A stretch of 64,000 bases of DNA from Octopus sinensis (taxonomy: Eukaryota): contig NC_042998.1 of NCBI RefSeq assembly GCF_006345805.1, positions 157,728,001 through 157,792,000 on the forward strand, in the 5' to 3' direction. The position numbers and the translations under genes were made by a program. How positions within the stretch are numbered: position 1 is the stretch's first letter; each line of letters begins with the position of its first letter. Shown here piece after piece: positions 1 to 11,180 of the stretch. The notes below the pieces were generated by a model, which saw nothing but the letters and a program-made list of their open reading frames with translations, was not told where the DNA came from and ran no database searches.

Positions 1-2624
1 ACATACACACACGCATGCATGTATTGTAAACATTCTTAAAAATTCTCTATATGTATTTAATTAATATTCTAAAAACAGTCAGACATTTTTAGGTACATTA
101 TATTTTAATAGATTTAATTTTATAGTGTAATGTATTTAATTGTAATTAGCTGTTATTGAAATATATCTATTTACTATGCTTTAATGATATCTACAAGTAG
201 AATAGCAGTTCAACTAAATCGATTGAATGAAATTTAACGTTTCTAAAGTAACGTTTTAAATGGGTTTTTTTTATACAAAACACAGGAATGTCTAAATTGA
301 TGCATCTCTCACACATACAAAAACGGAAATATACGTTAATTTGCTATTTTTGAGTAAATTAAAATTATATTTCTATGGTGACCAATGTGCAACTATACAA
401 AGGTTTAAACAATGCTTGAAACAAGAGTATAAATCTGTATTTTTAACGAAGTTAAAAATATTGTTTTCTCTAGATTTAAATCCGCCATCAACGACTTCAT
501 ATGCATATGGTTCTTTGCAGTTAGAAAGTTAGAAAGCAAACAGTTTCCTATGAGAATACAGTCAAACAATGAAATAATTTATGCCCATGTATATTTAGAG
601 AATAAATCTGAAAGAAGGATTGAAAGTGTATAAAATATTTTGTTGAATTCATTATTTTACTGTTTCTCAAGCTCTTTTTAAGATACCATTTAACAACGTA
701 GTATTTTAACGAATTGTTTAACATATTCTTTCTTGCTTGAAAGAATAGCTGTTTCTGCAACAGCGGGTTACAAAGGTGAAAACAACCGGAAAATAATTCA
801 TCTCCCTATTTATATTATGAAAATGGATTGGGTGAGTTATGTTGAGGGAGGAAAACTCCTGTGGTTATGAGAAAAACATGTGTGAAGCAAAAACCATTTG
901 TTGAATTTATTGTTGTATACTCAGCAAACATTATATCTGAGTTAGTTGATAAAAACACCTGTAACGGTTAACGACATCGTGAAGCCGTTTCTGACTAAAA
1001 ACCTTCCAATTTTGATCTAAACAAGTACCTAGTGTAAGAAATATTGTTGCATAATTATGTGAGTAGATATCAGGTTACTAGTGTACGACATTAATATTTA
1101 AATATAAATATTTTGAATGAGATTTACAATAGTATTTGGCTCTTAAATTTCGTTATATGAGAAGAATAGAATATGAATTAGAAAGGGTTATTTGACTGTT
1201 TGGTGAATTGGTTCCATTTAACCTGATAAAACAATTTATATTCATAGGCACGGGGAAATGGGGTTTGCGATATTCCTATTTCCTCTTAAGAGCATTGGAG
1301 AGAAATGAGAAATGACATTGAGTAGACTGTAAAACCACAAAAGAAACTTATCTTGCTGCTGTATTAGTATTGCGTTGTTGGTTTGTCACAAGGGCCTTAT
1401 ACATATTTGTTGTTTTCAAAGATAGAGTGAAAGCTATGATTTGGGGTAGGGAGTAAATAGGATATTCTGCTTTATGTCTTTCCCAACAGCATTAGGGTTT
1501 TAGATGAATTCATGCAGGGGGTGGTATTTACACTGCAAAGCAGTAACGACACACGACACGCAATCTACACCATCAGATTATTTCCCAGATCCTTGCCATT
1601 TCAGTGAGATAGAAATTCACACTGGAAAGTAATTATATCCACTTACGCAAATAAATCTTTCAGAAAAGCAATAAATGTCATATTTCCCTTACATCCATAA
1701 CTTAAAAGTGTTGAAACAAACCAATATTGGAGTGTTTTTAGCGACAACTCTTACTGAAACGTAACACAAACCTTCAATCTTCTGAATAGCCACAAGTTAG
1801 CTGAATCGCCTACATTTATGATGATAATGGCAGGAGTGTACAAGAAATGACAGAATACAGTACAAAATGTGGTGTCGACATTATTTACTAATTGAATGTG
1901 AGTTTCTCTCAAAAAATTAAACACAAGCTCTGTGTATCGAAACTAATTATCGACAAATTGTAAATACATTAGACACATCGTACTTGATGAAAAAAAATTC
2001 TGTCACTGCAGAAATAGTTTCCTGTAATTCACAGTAAGTTCTGTTAATATTGAACAACTCGTGCTGTTGCTTTAATTCATGCGTAGCTGATTAAAACATC
2101 AGGTACTATGTTTAAAGTAGTTCACTTCTGCGTGAATAATTAGCCCCTTTACCTGATGTATTCTGTGAGAGTTGTCATGATTTTATGATTTGTATTTTTG
2201 CATTTCCTCCACCGTTCTTTTTATCTGTCTACATGTCTAGCTACCTATCAACCTCTTTCTTTCTCTCTTTATATATATGTATGTGTGAAAAGGGAGCGCG
2301 AAAGATAGGGAGACGGAAGGAGTAATGAAGCAGAATTTACAGACGTTAGGAAACGTTAACGCATTCATTGAGTTCATATTTTTATTTAAAGATAATGCAC
2401 TTTCATTGCTACCCAGAATGTTGCATTGTTCGAATGAAAAAAAATCATTAACGTACAAATCTCTATATTGTTTTGGTCTGAGAAAAGAAGTTATGCCTGT
2501 GGCTTTTGCATGCTCTCTAAAATACTATTGTTACTGGGGAACATATACAAAGAAAACATTCGGGTGAAACAATGCAGTAGAAGTCTACATCACATACACA
2601 CAGAAATATTATATATATATATAT

Positions 2625-3105
2625 AGTGGTTATATAAGGTCAACATAACGTGACAGTCCCGTAGAGGGAATTACACCACCGCTATATAGCCCTAGGAAGC
2701 ATCGACGTTTCCTGCCGGCTTTGGCACATTCCTGTTTCCTTATATTTGCAAGGGGGAGGCAAGCACCCCCACCAGCTAAAACTAGCAACCTGGAGACATG
2801 CATGTTTCTGGGTCTTGCCCGTCGTTAGTCCTGGGTAGCGTGTCCTCACTAGCGGTGACACTTACCAAGCCCTCGCAAATATATCTCTTTACAGTGAAAT
2901 TTATTCACTGGTCACCGTAATTAGAAATATTGAATTTCTAAATGTTTCAACGAGACATGAGCGGTGGTGGAGCGATAGAGTGGTTGTATAAAGCCAACAT
3001 AACGTGACAGTCCCGTAGAGGACTCTATGTTGACTTTATACAACCACTCTATCGCTCCACCACCGCTCATGTCTCGTTGAGACATTTAGACATTCAATAT
3101 TTCTA
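2625..3105. mobile_element. Short non-coding composite element in (TA)n: 43-bp direct repeat plus terminal 80-bp fold-back (PLE-like terminal architecture)
   Basis: Direct repeats 2625-2667 and 2979-3021 (3 mismatches); inverted arms 2922-3001 and 3026-3105 (3 mismatches, 24-nt loop); (TA)n on both sides; no coding capacity seen. Confidence 0.55.
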
Positions 3106-3205
3106 TATATATATATGTATAAGGTTGCATGATTGTGTATAAAATAATATATTAATGAATGGAATTCTAACAGTCTGATTTGTTATATACAATATTTACA
3201 ATATT

Positions 3206-3247
3206 ATAAACTAGTACTTTTGTGCATTACACAATCATCAGGTTTAT
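3206..3247 (-). ncRNA. Minimal type I hammerhead-like motif with a damaged GAAA
   Basis: Minus strand ATAAAC-CTGATGA-TTGTG taatg CACAA-AA-GTAC-TA-GTTTAT: helix I 6 bp, intact CUGAUGA, helix II 5 bp, palindromic AGTACT helix III; GAAA reduced to AA. Confidence 0.55.
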
Positions 3248-3616
3248 GCAGTGAAAGTCGCGACGCGTTCCACGATTGACAAATGCAGTGAAATGGTTAA
3301 ATTGTTCCTTTATATATCACCCGGTGGGCTCCAGCAGGCTCGATCGTACGAACTGGTTTAGATGTCACGGTTTGGCGGTCGTACCAACTAAGTTTTAAAT
3401 GTATTTCGACCAATCAGTATGTGTGTTAGATGTTAAGGTTTGGTTAATGCGCCAATTTGGTTAGCATTTATCTCGCGTTTTTCAAACAGGTATTTTAGTC
3501 AATTGGTGTGCAGCTTCACCATCACGGTTTGGTGGGCACGTCAAGGATTCTTTACTTTGACCGCACTTAAAGGAATAATTGTTGTGCTATATTTTGGAAT
3601 GTTGTAAAAACATTCC

Positions 3617-4141
3617 GGGGCAAGACTTCCTTCCCCCCAAAACACCCTTTTTTATTTTTGTTCTATACAAACCCCCGTTTTCAGCTACGGAATATACGAA
3701 TCTGCAAAAAAAAACAAGAAAATTGGAAAAATCAGCATTTTGAAATTACACCCCCACCTCAAATTCTTCATTTTTAACTTTTTCAGAATTTTTTTTTCAA
3801 AATATGCAGAAAATACAGAGATTATGATTCTGAAAAAAAAATTTCCAAAAGTTTTTCTACTTAGGTTAGGGTTAGGGTTTTACGTTTTTAGGGTTTTAGG
3901 GTTAGGTTTAGTGTTAGTGTTAGGGATTTAGGGTTATGGTTAGGGTTTAGGTTTTAGGGTTAGGGTTACGGAAAAAGTGAAAAATGGGGGAAGGAGTGGG
4001 GGGCCAAACATTTCAAAATTCCGATTTTTGTCAATTTTCCGGAATATCCGTATCCGGAAAAGTGACTTTTTGGCAAAAAACATTTTAAAAAACGATAATT
4101 TGAGAGAAAATGGAGTGGGGTGGGGGGAGGAAGTCTTTTCC
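3617..4141. mobile_element. MITE-like non-autonomous DNA element with internal degenerate telomere-like tract
   Basis: Imperfect ~20-bp TIRs (GGGGCAAGACTTCCTTCCCCCC at left; GGGGGGAGGAAGTCTTTTCC at right); flanking direct repeat ATTCC at 3612-3616 and 4142-4146. Confidence 0.55.
3861..3967 (+). repeat. Degenerate (TTAGGG)n-like interstitial tract
   Basis: Run of TTAGGG, TTAGG, TTTAGGG and TTAGTG units. Confidence 0.85.
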
Positions 4142-4204
4142 ATTCCTGTTTTCATTGAAATCTAAAGTTAGTTTTCCAGAAAGTTTACAATTCAATCAAA
4201 TCAA

Positions 4205-4525
<321 letters not shown>

Positions 4526-4803
4526 CCTTTACGACGGGTTTGAATTTATCAATAAAATTCTTTCCTCAGACTTTTCTTTCGACTTGAGTTGTGTAATTTT
4601 TAGAATGGGGATATTATCAATTTTTTCTAATCACATGTTTCTAGATGGTTGCTTAAAGTGATCTGACGGATATCAAGGTCCCTAATTTGCTGTCGGTGCA
4701 CACGTGAACACACGCGCGCGCGCAACAGACATACACACTCACACACGCATTACCGTTTACCGGATTTTTCTCAGTTAGGTATTCAAAATAGGTTATTCAA
4801 CAG

Positions 4804-4853
<50 letters not shown>

Positions 4854-4964
4854 AATATATATATATAATAATATTCTCATAAGAGAAATTAGAGATAAAT
4901 TCCGTCAGATAATTCTAAATATATTACCTTAACAATATAGTTTTCCTAAAGTGTTTAATATCAA

Positions 4965-5037
4965 CAACAATAATAATAAGGATTGTTACGAAGTGGCATA
5001 GCATTACCTTTAATTCTTTATATATATATATATATTA

Positions 5038-5077
<40 letters not shown>

Positions 5078-5176
5078 CGACTTTACATTGACCTACACGT
5101 TTCAAATGCACCAATTAGTAACCAACAATAATAATAAGGATTGTTACGAAGTGGCATAGCATTACCTTTAATTCTT

Positions 5177-5229
<53 letters not shown>

Positions 5230-5275
5230 CGACTTTACATTGACCTACACGTTTCAAATGCACCAATTAGTAACC
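4965..5275. repeat. Two-copy tandem duplication (~155 bp unit) with an internal variable (TA)n
   Basis: Units start at 4965 and 5123; unique parts identical, (TA)n tract differs. Confidence 0.9.
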
Positions 5276-6591
5276 ATTGTAATTACAACCCTATTGCAGC
5301 CCCGATGGAGTTTTTTTAGGTTTGTAATAATCATTATTATTATTATTGTTGATATATATATATACTTTAGGCCCTGGTAGGGTATAAAGGTAGGATGTTT
5401 CCAGAAAAGCACTAAACTCTAATTCTGGGATATGAACACTGTCGGGTTCCGAACCAATGCTAAAGGTCTTCAACAATGTTATATGGGTTTAGTGAAGAAT
5501 TAATAATAATCCAAATAATAAGGAAACACACAAAAAACACTGTTTACGATTTTAGACATTAGAGTGACACTTTATTAGATTTGCATCAGAGATGCGCTAT
5601 CACGTTGTGCGTCGAATGTGCCCCTTTGATGCAGGTATGATGAAGTACCACTCTAATGTCTAAAACATTAAACATTACGTACATTTTCACTTCGAATTTT
5701 TGCGTAAATTGGCGTTGTAAGTGGAGTTTGATTGGTACAAAAACAATTGTAACGAATCATTGAAGATGTGTTATAGAATTTCTCTGTCTTATTATTATTT
5801 TCGTTTTCTGTTTTTTTTTTACATTCCGGGTTTTCTATATGGTGCTTTCTCAGCTTTTCCGCGTTTCTCTTTTTATTCAATTGTTTTTTTAGCTCGTTAT
5901 GATATGTGGTTTGTGCATGATAAATATGTTTGAGATATTTCTCAACATGAGATTATTAGTAGCAAAGATATGTATTGTGTCCTTTAAATAAAAAATATTG
6001 ATCCCTCACCACATGGAGTGAATTTTTGTTGAATTGTCTATCACATTATATATATATACAACATTCAATAAGATATTATAATAATATACTGATATATTAA
6101 ATACATTGTAACATAGGTGGCTATGGTGATTCAAACCGAAAAGGTGAAATTAATAAATGAGAGGCAAAATTTAACTTGAACAGTCAGACGAAAGCATTAC
6201 CCTCATGAAATATTCGAGACTGCGAGCACCAAGTCACAACACCATTCTTTGGTGAGATACACTCACAGAATGAAGTAGTTTGATAAAAGCTTATCAGGTG
6301 ATTTCGAAATTTGATCAATATAACCTTGTTTCCCGTCAGAGTCTTACAAACTTTCTGTTAAAGCAGATAGCTTGCCTACCATTCGTTCATGAGAAGAAAC
6401 TTGAAAAGCGAGCGCAAAAATTCAAAATGGTTAAAGTGTATAGAAACATACAATAAGATATGATAATAGCAATTAAAACCAAAAGGGTAAAAATTAATAG
6501 TTGAGGGTGAAAACTAGCACCTACAATTGCTAGAAATCAGAGCCAAAATTTAACTCGAACAAAAAAGTAATGACAAGAATGAACCTTCATT

Positions 6592-6672
6592 AGCTTACAA
6601 CTGTTTCCGCCATAAGATGCATTGTACTCATAGTTGAGTGCCTGAGTAACACCTTATAGCTTCATCGGAGCC
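6592..6672 (-). ncRNA. Type I hammerhead-like motif with long helix II (near-intact)
   Basis: Minus strand GGCT-CCGATGA-A-GCTATAAG...TACTCA..TGAGTA...CTTATGGC-G-GAAAC-AGTT-GTA-AGCT; lesions are U4C and a 10.1/11.1 mismatch. Confidence 0.6.
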
Positions 6673-6796
6673 TCAAACATGAAGTGAAATTTATTTGAGA
6701 AAACAATTACATTTATGCTTATATACAGGAAAATCCGTACCAAGGAGAAAGTATATATGTGGGGCTCCTCCCATAATTAGAATAATTTTCCTTTCT

Positions 6797-6938
6797 ACTC
6801 TAGGCACAAGGCTCGAAACTTTGGGGGAGCGGGCCAATCGATTAGATCGACCCAGTACGCAACTGGTACTTAATTTATCGACTCCAAAGTCAACCATGGC
6901 GGAATTTGAACTTAGAGCATAAAGACAGGCGAAATACC
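6797..6938 (-). mobile_element. tRNA-derived SINE family A, partial (tail plus central domain)
   Basis: Matches other copies in this window (AGGCACAAGGC...ATCGACCCAGTA...GGAATTTGAACT). Confidence 0.8.
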
Positions 6939-6944
6939 TATTTT

Positions 6945-7170
6945 TTTACTACCCACAAGGGGCTAAACACAGAGAGGACAAACAAGGACAGACAAACGGA
7001 TTAAGTCGATTATATCGACCCCAGTGCATGACTGGTACTTATTTAATCGAACCCGAAAGAATGAAAGTCAAAGTCGACCTCGGCGGAATTTGAACTCAGA
7101 ACGTAGCGGCAGACGAAATACAGCTAAGCATTTCGCCCGGCGTGTAACGTTTCTACCAGCTCACCGCCTT
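6945..7170 (-). mobile_element. tRNA-derived SINE family A, full-length, alternative tail
   Basis: Minus-strand head with B-box GAGTTCAAATTCC; central GACTTTCATTCTTTCGGG..ATAAGTACCAG segment resembling the Deu/Nin-type conserved SINE domain. Confidence 0.85.
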
Positions 7171-7498
7171 ATAGTTAGAATAATATTAATTCTAAAATGT
7201 ATATACTGAATGGTATGCCCAGATGTAGGAAAAGAGTAAATAGATATATCAATAAATGTATGTATATATATATATATGATTATAATAATAAGGGTTTTTT
7301 GCAACAAGTTGCTTAAACCACATACCGAAAATATTAGAAATAGCGGCCAAAGGACTACTATTTCCTTTTACTACAAAAATAAGTCTCCACCGACAACTAT
7401 ATTTGTAACTCACATATACTCCCCTATATATATATATATATATCTTCAGTGATTATCAACCGATTACGCTTTCGCTAATCATGACATGATTTTCCGTG

Positions 7499-7566
<68 letters not shown>

Positions 7567-7701
7567 ATATATATATGTATGTATATATACATGTATATAT
7601 ATATGTATATATATATATATATAAATATATATGTATATATATATATATAATATATATATATATTATATATATATATATATAAATATATATGTATATATAT
7701 A

Positions 7702-7741
<40 letters not shown>

Positions 7742-7746
<5 letters not shown>

Positions 7747-9180
7747 TAAATTCAGTCTATTTACGTTGATTTACATAGTATTCCATTCTATTCCATTCAT
7801 AATATTTAAATAACGTTCGTTCATCACGTGCAAAGGTTTTATTAAAAATATATTCTATTTCTATGATAACGTATTTTTGTAAACGCTATAACAGTTAGAC
7901 TTTTAAATTCACTTCATAACTTAAAATAGAATAGAAGGTATGTATTATTTTAGATCTCCTATCTTAATTTTAATTGTATATGTATACGTTTTTGTATAAT
8001 ATATTCTCCTTATGTTAAACTTGTTGTTTATGTATTGATCTATTTATCGTACTTTTCTTTGTTATTAGTTATTAAATAATTTAGACATACTTTGATAAAT
8101 AGATAGATTCGTTTTAAATGGTTTAGATTACGTTTAATAATAGAATAATTCTATATAAGTTATTATTCTTATTCATAATTTTGTTTTAGAATGGTGATGG
8201 GGTTTTTAATAGTATATTGCCGAGTAGAGAATGTTAAAGTATGTGTGTGGCTGAATGTATGTATCTGCTGAATTTGTTACTCCTCTGTGTTGGTGTGGCG
8301 GTGGGAATGGTGTTGTGTGTGAGTGATTGTGTGTGTGTGTGGGGGTGTGCATTGTTTTTATGTAGAAAAGTTGTTTTCTTTTGAGTGTTTATGTATGTGT
8401 GAATGTGTGTGTGTGTGTGTGTTTATTTGCGTATTTATGTATGTTTGTTGTATGCATGTGGTATTTGGAATATGTGTGTGTGTGTTTGTTTTAAGTATTT
8501 ATGTATGGTGTTGTATATATGTGATATACGGTATTCGGTAGTTTATTACTAAGAATGAAATGTTTCTGTTGTTATGGTTGAGTATTTGCGGATGCTGGAT
8601 GTGTGGTTGTCATGCAGAGTGAGTGTGTTTATGAATGAGTGTTGTATGTGTGTGTGTGGGAGTACGAATAAGTAATGTGTTTAAGTATACGGCTACTTTA
8701 TTAATTTATCATTGCCTAGATGTTTATGTGTATGTATAGAGATATATTTACAGGTGTGTGAGTTAAATACTAGGTTTCTTTATATTCAATTGTTTATAGA
8801 GGTTAATTTAGTTCTTGGTTATATATAGATTATATATAGATTATATATATATATATATATATTTTCATTGATAAATTTATATTATTTATAGTTTTAGTCA
8901 TTTTAAATTTATATCTTAAAAATATTGATTATTTTAGATCTGAAATCCACCTGATGAATGTCCTGAGAAGAGACATGAAACAATTGTAGTGGCGAATATA
9001 ATTTTATTTAATTTATATTAAAATGTTTTTATGTATTGGATTAAGTCTTTCTTTGTTTGATTTGCAAAATAGTGGTTTTGTCTCTAATTAATATTATATA
9101 ATATTTTACTATAAAATTGGATTCAATCCTAAATCTGATTTTCCCTGTAAATTTGGATTTATTCCCTAATATTTATTATT
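7742..9180 (+). mobile_element. Probable solo pseudo-LTR / 3' region of a Penelope-like element in (TA)n
   Basis: Non-coding unit bounded by (TA)n on both sides and containing a canonical minimal hammerhead; no ORF, so the assignment is inferred from the ribozyme. Confidence 0.45.
8947..8992 (+). ncRNA. Minimal type I hammerhead ribozyme (canonical core)
   Basis: CCAC-CTGATGA-ATGTC ctgagaaga GACAT-GAAAC-AATT-GTA-GTGG; all core nucleotides present; palindromic helix III ACAATTGT; predicted cleavage after A8988. Confidence 0.85.
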
Positions 9181-9191
9181 ATGTATATATA

Positions 9192-9258
<67 letters not shown>

Positions 9259-9294
9259 ATATTTATATGTATGTATGTATGTATGTATATATAT

Positions 9295-9344
<50 letters not shown>

Positions 9345-10769
9345 TATATGCACTGCACCTGGCCATCGTTCTTGTTTGTTGGGAAGGCGTTCTTGAAAAT
9401 AATTTTTTATAAATAATGCGTAATTCACGGAGGAGAGTTCTTCGAGTACTTATGTCATCTTGAAGTGTGGAATATCTAAATTTTGGAAATAGAGCGTCAC
9501 AATGTTCGTGTGACATGCTTGTAGGTATCAAAGTAAAACTTTTAATGATTGTTCGGCAACGTGAAATGAACCGATTACGTTCGACACTCTTCTAACAAAA
9601 CGTTTTACCCTTCTCTTTGTTGCAAAGACGATGATCCAAATCGCTACTACATTGTTTCGGTATCGTAAGTCGTAAACATGGATTTTGTGTCATGTAATAT
9701 ATATTTCAGGATATTTTTACCAGTATTCGAAGAATCACAGGGTAACTAGGTAATCTTGTTTGTCATTCTGCCATCAGAATTGGCCCAAATTTTGCGCAAA
9801 CTAATGCATGATGACTTTTTCTTTACCAGTGAGAGGCTGAATTCTTCGGAAACTTTGCGGCTAGTCAAGTGACGCTTTTCATGGGTAACAACACGTTCGA
9901 CTCGTATGAAAGTTGAAAGTGTCATTTTTCAGATATGTATGATTAAGCTGTACTCCTTGAATATTATTCCAATGATTAATTGAATTTTTTTTAACTGTCA
10001 TTGATCCGGTTTCAGGACTGACTTCTTTCTTTATACATTAAGATTTCTTAATCTTTAAATCTGCAGTTGCAATTGCAGATTTATTCAGTCTGTTCTTTTA
10101 TTTTTACTCGACTTTTACAGGTCGGCAATAACTGAGAATTAGCATACAAATGATCTGAGATTAATTATTTTAATCTACAGCTTAGTGCTTTTCGCATGTC
10201 CAATAATCCTTAATGATGCCGTTATATTTCCATGCAAAGATTCCACATTTAGCAATTACATTTTCCCCACCTTTCTCTTACTTTCGTTATTATTTGTTTC
10301 ATTATTGAAACAGAAATCATCTTAGATAAAATTAAATATATTATGAACTTTAATCATGGTATTACACGAGATTTGTCTTCATTGAGGTAATTTTTCAAGT
10401 CATTATATTCTCCATAAATTAAGAACCTTAATTCGACTAATTACTTTGGTGAGAGTTTATTTAGCATATACGCATATACTGAACACTTCAGATTTAATTA
10501 TTTTGACATTGTTATCATTGCTTATTAGTGAAATTGTCAGCACCTTCGTTGTTCCGAGATTGACAGCCATGAGTCCTTCTTTCACTTGGCAGAGAAAATC
10601 TTTTTAGTGTCCTTCTACATACTCTAGACTGCTACAAAGTATTCCATAATTGAAAGCTGGGTTTCCTTTTCTAAGTTTTAACGTATGTGTCTCATTAAAG
10701 TAAAACCGTGCGCAAATTCAAATAGTTGCTGCAAACTCTAAAGAAATTTAAATATTGTTCAGTAACTTA

Positions 10770-11180
10770 ATTTGCAACCACGTTGTTTCAAGTTCAGTTC
10801 ACTGCACTTTCGACAAATATTACCTACTATAACCCCTGACCGTCTAATGCTTTGTGTGTGGATTTGGTAGACAGGGAGAATGTGTAAGCTTGTCTAACAT
10901 ATACGCGCGCGCACGCACTCACGCACATACGAGTTTGTCTGTGTGCGTATGTGTATATGTATCTGTGTATCTGGTATTTGTATTTGTCCCCCCGTTTGAT
11001 AAGTGCTGCTAGTGTGATTACATCCATCTATCCCTGTAACTTAGCGATTCGTCAAAATAATTGATAAAATATTTGCCAGACTTTAAAAACACACCTAAGT
11101 GCTGGGTCTATTAGTTCGACTAAAATCATTCAAGGCTGTGCCTCAACATTATTGCAATCCAATGATAGATAAAATGAAAG
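10770..11180 (+). mobile_element. SINE family B, degenerate copy
   Basis: Homologous to 31497-31890 (GTTCAAGTTC.., TGTGTGGATTTGGTAGAC, internal (TG)n, GTGCTGCTAGTGTG). Confidence 0.65.

Noticed and set aside
2690-2740. Possible core-less hammerhead on the minus strand of the 2.6-3.1 kb element
   Set aside because: Helices can be drawn but the CUGANGA strand is absent; not supportable
3861-3967. Possible true telomere or chromosome fusion site
   Set aside because: Short, degenerate, single orientation, and enclosed by TIR-like ends
5600-5650. ATGATGA as a C/D snoRNA C box
   Set aside because: It lies at the 3' side of the hairpin with no downstream D box in the correct geometry
7440-7485. 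Possible type II hammerhead (GAAAG...CTGAAGA on the minus strand)
   Set aside because: Helix II cannot close; explained by a simple local hairpin
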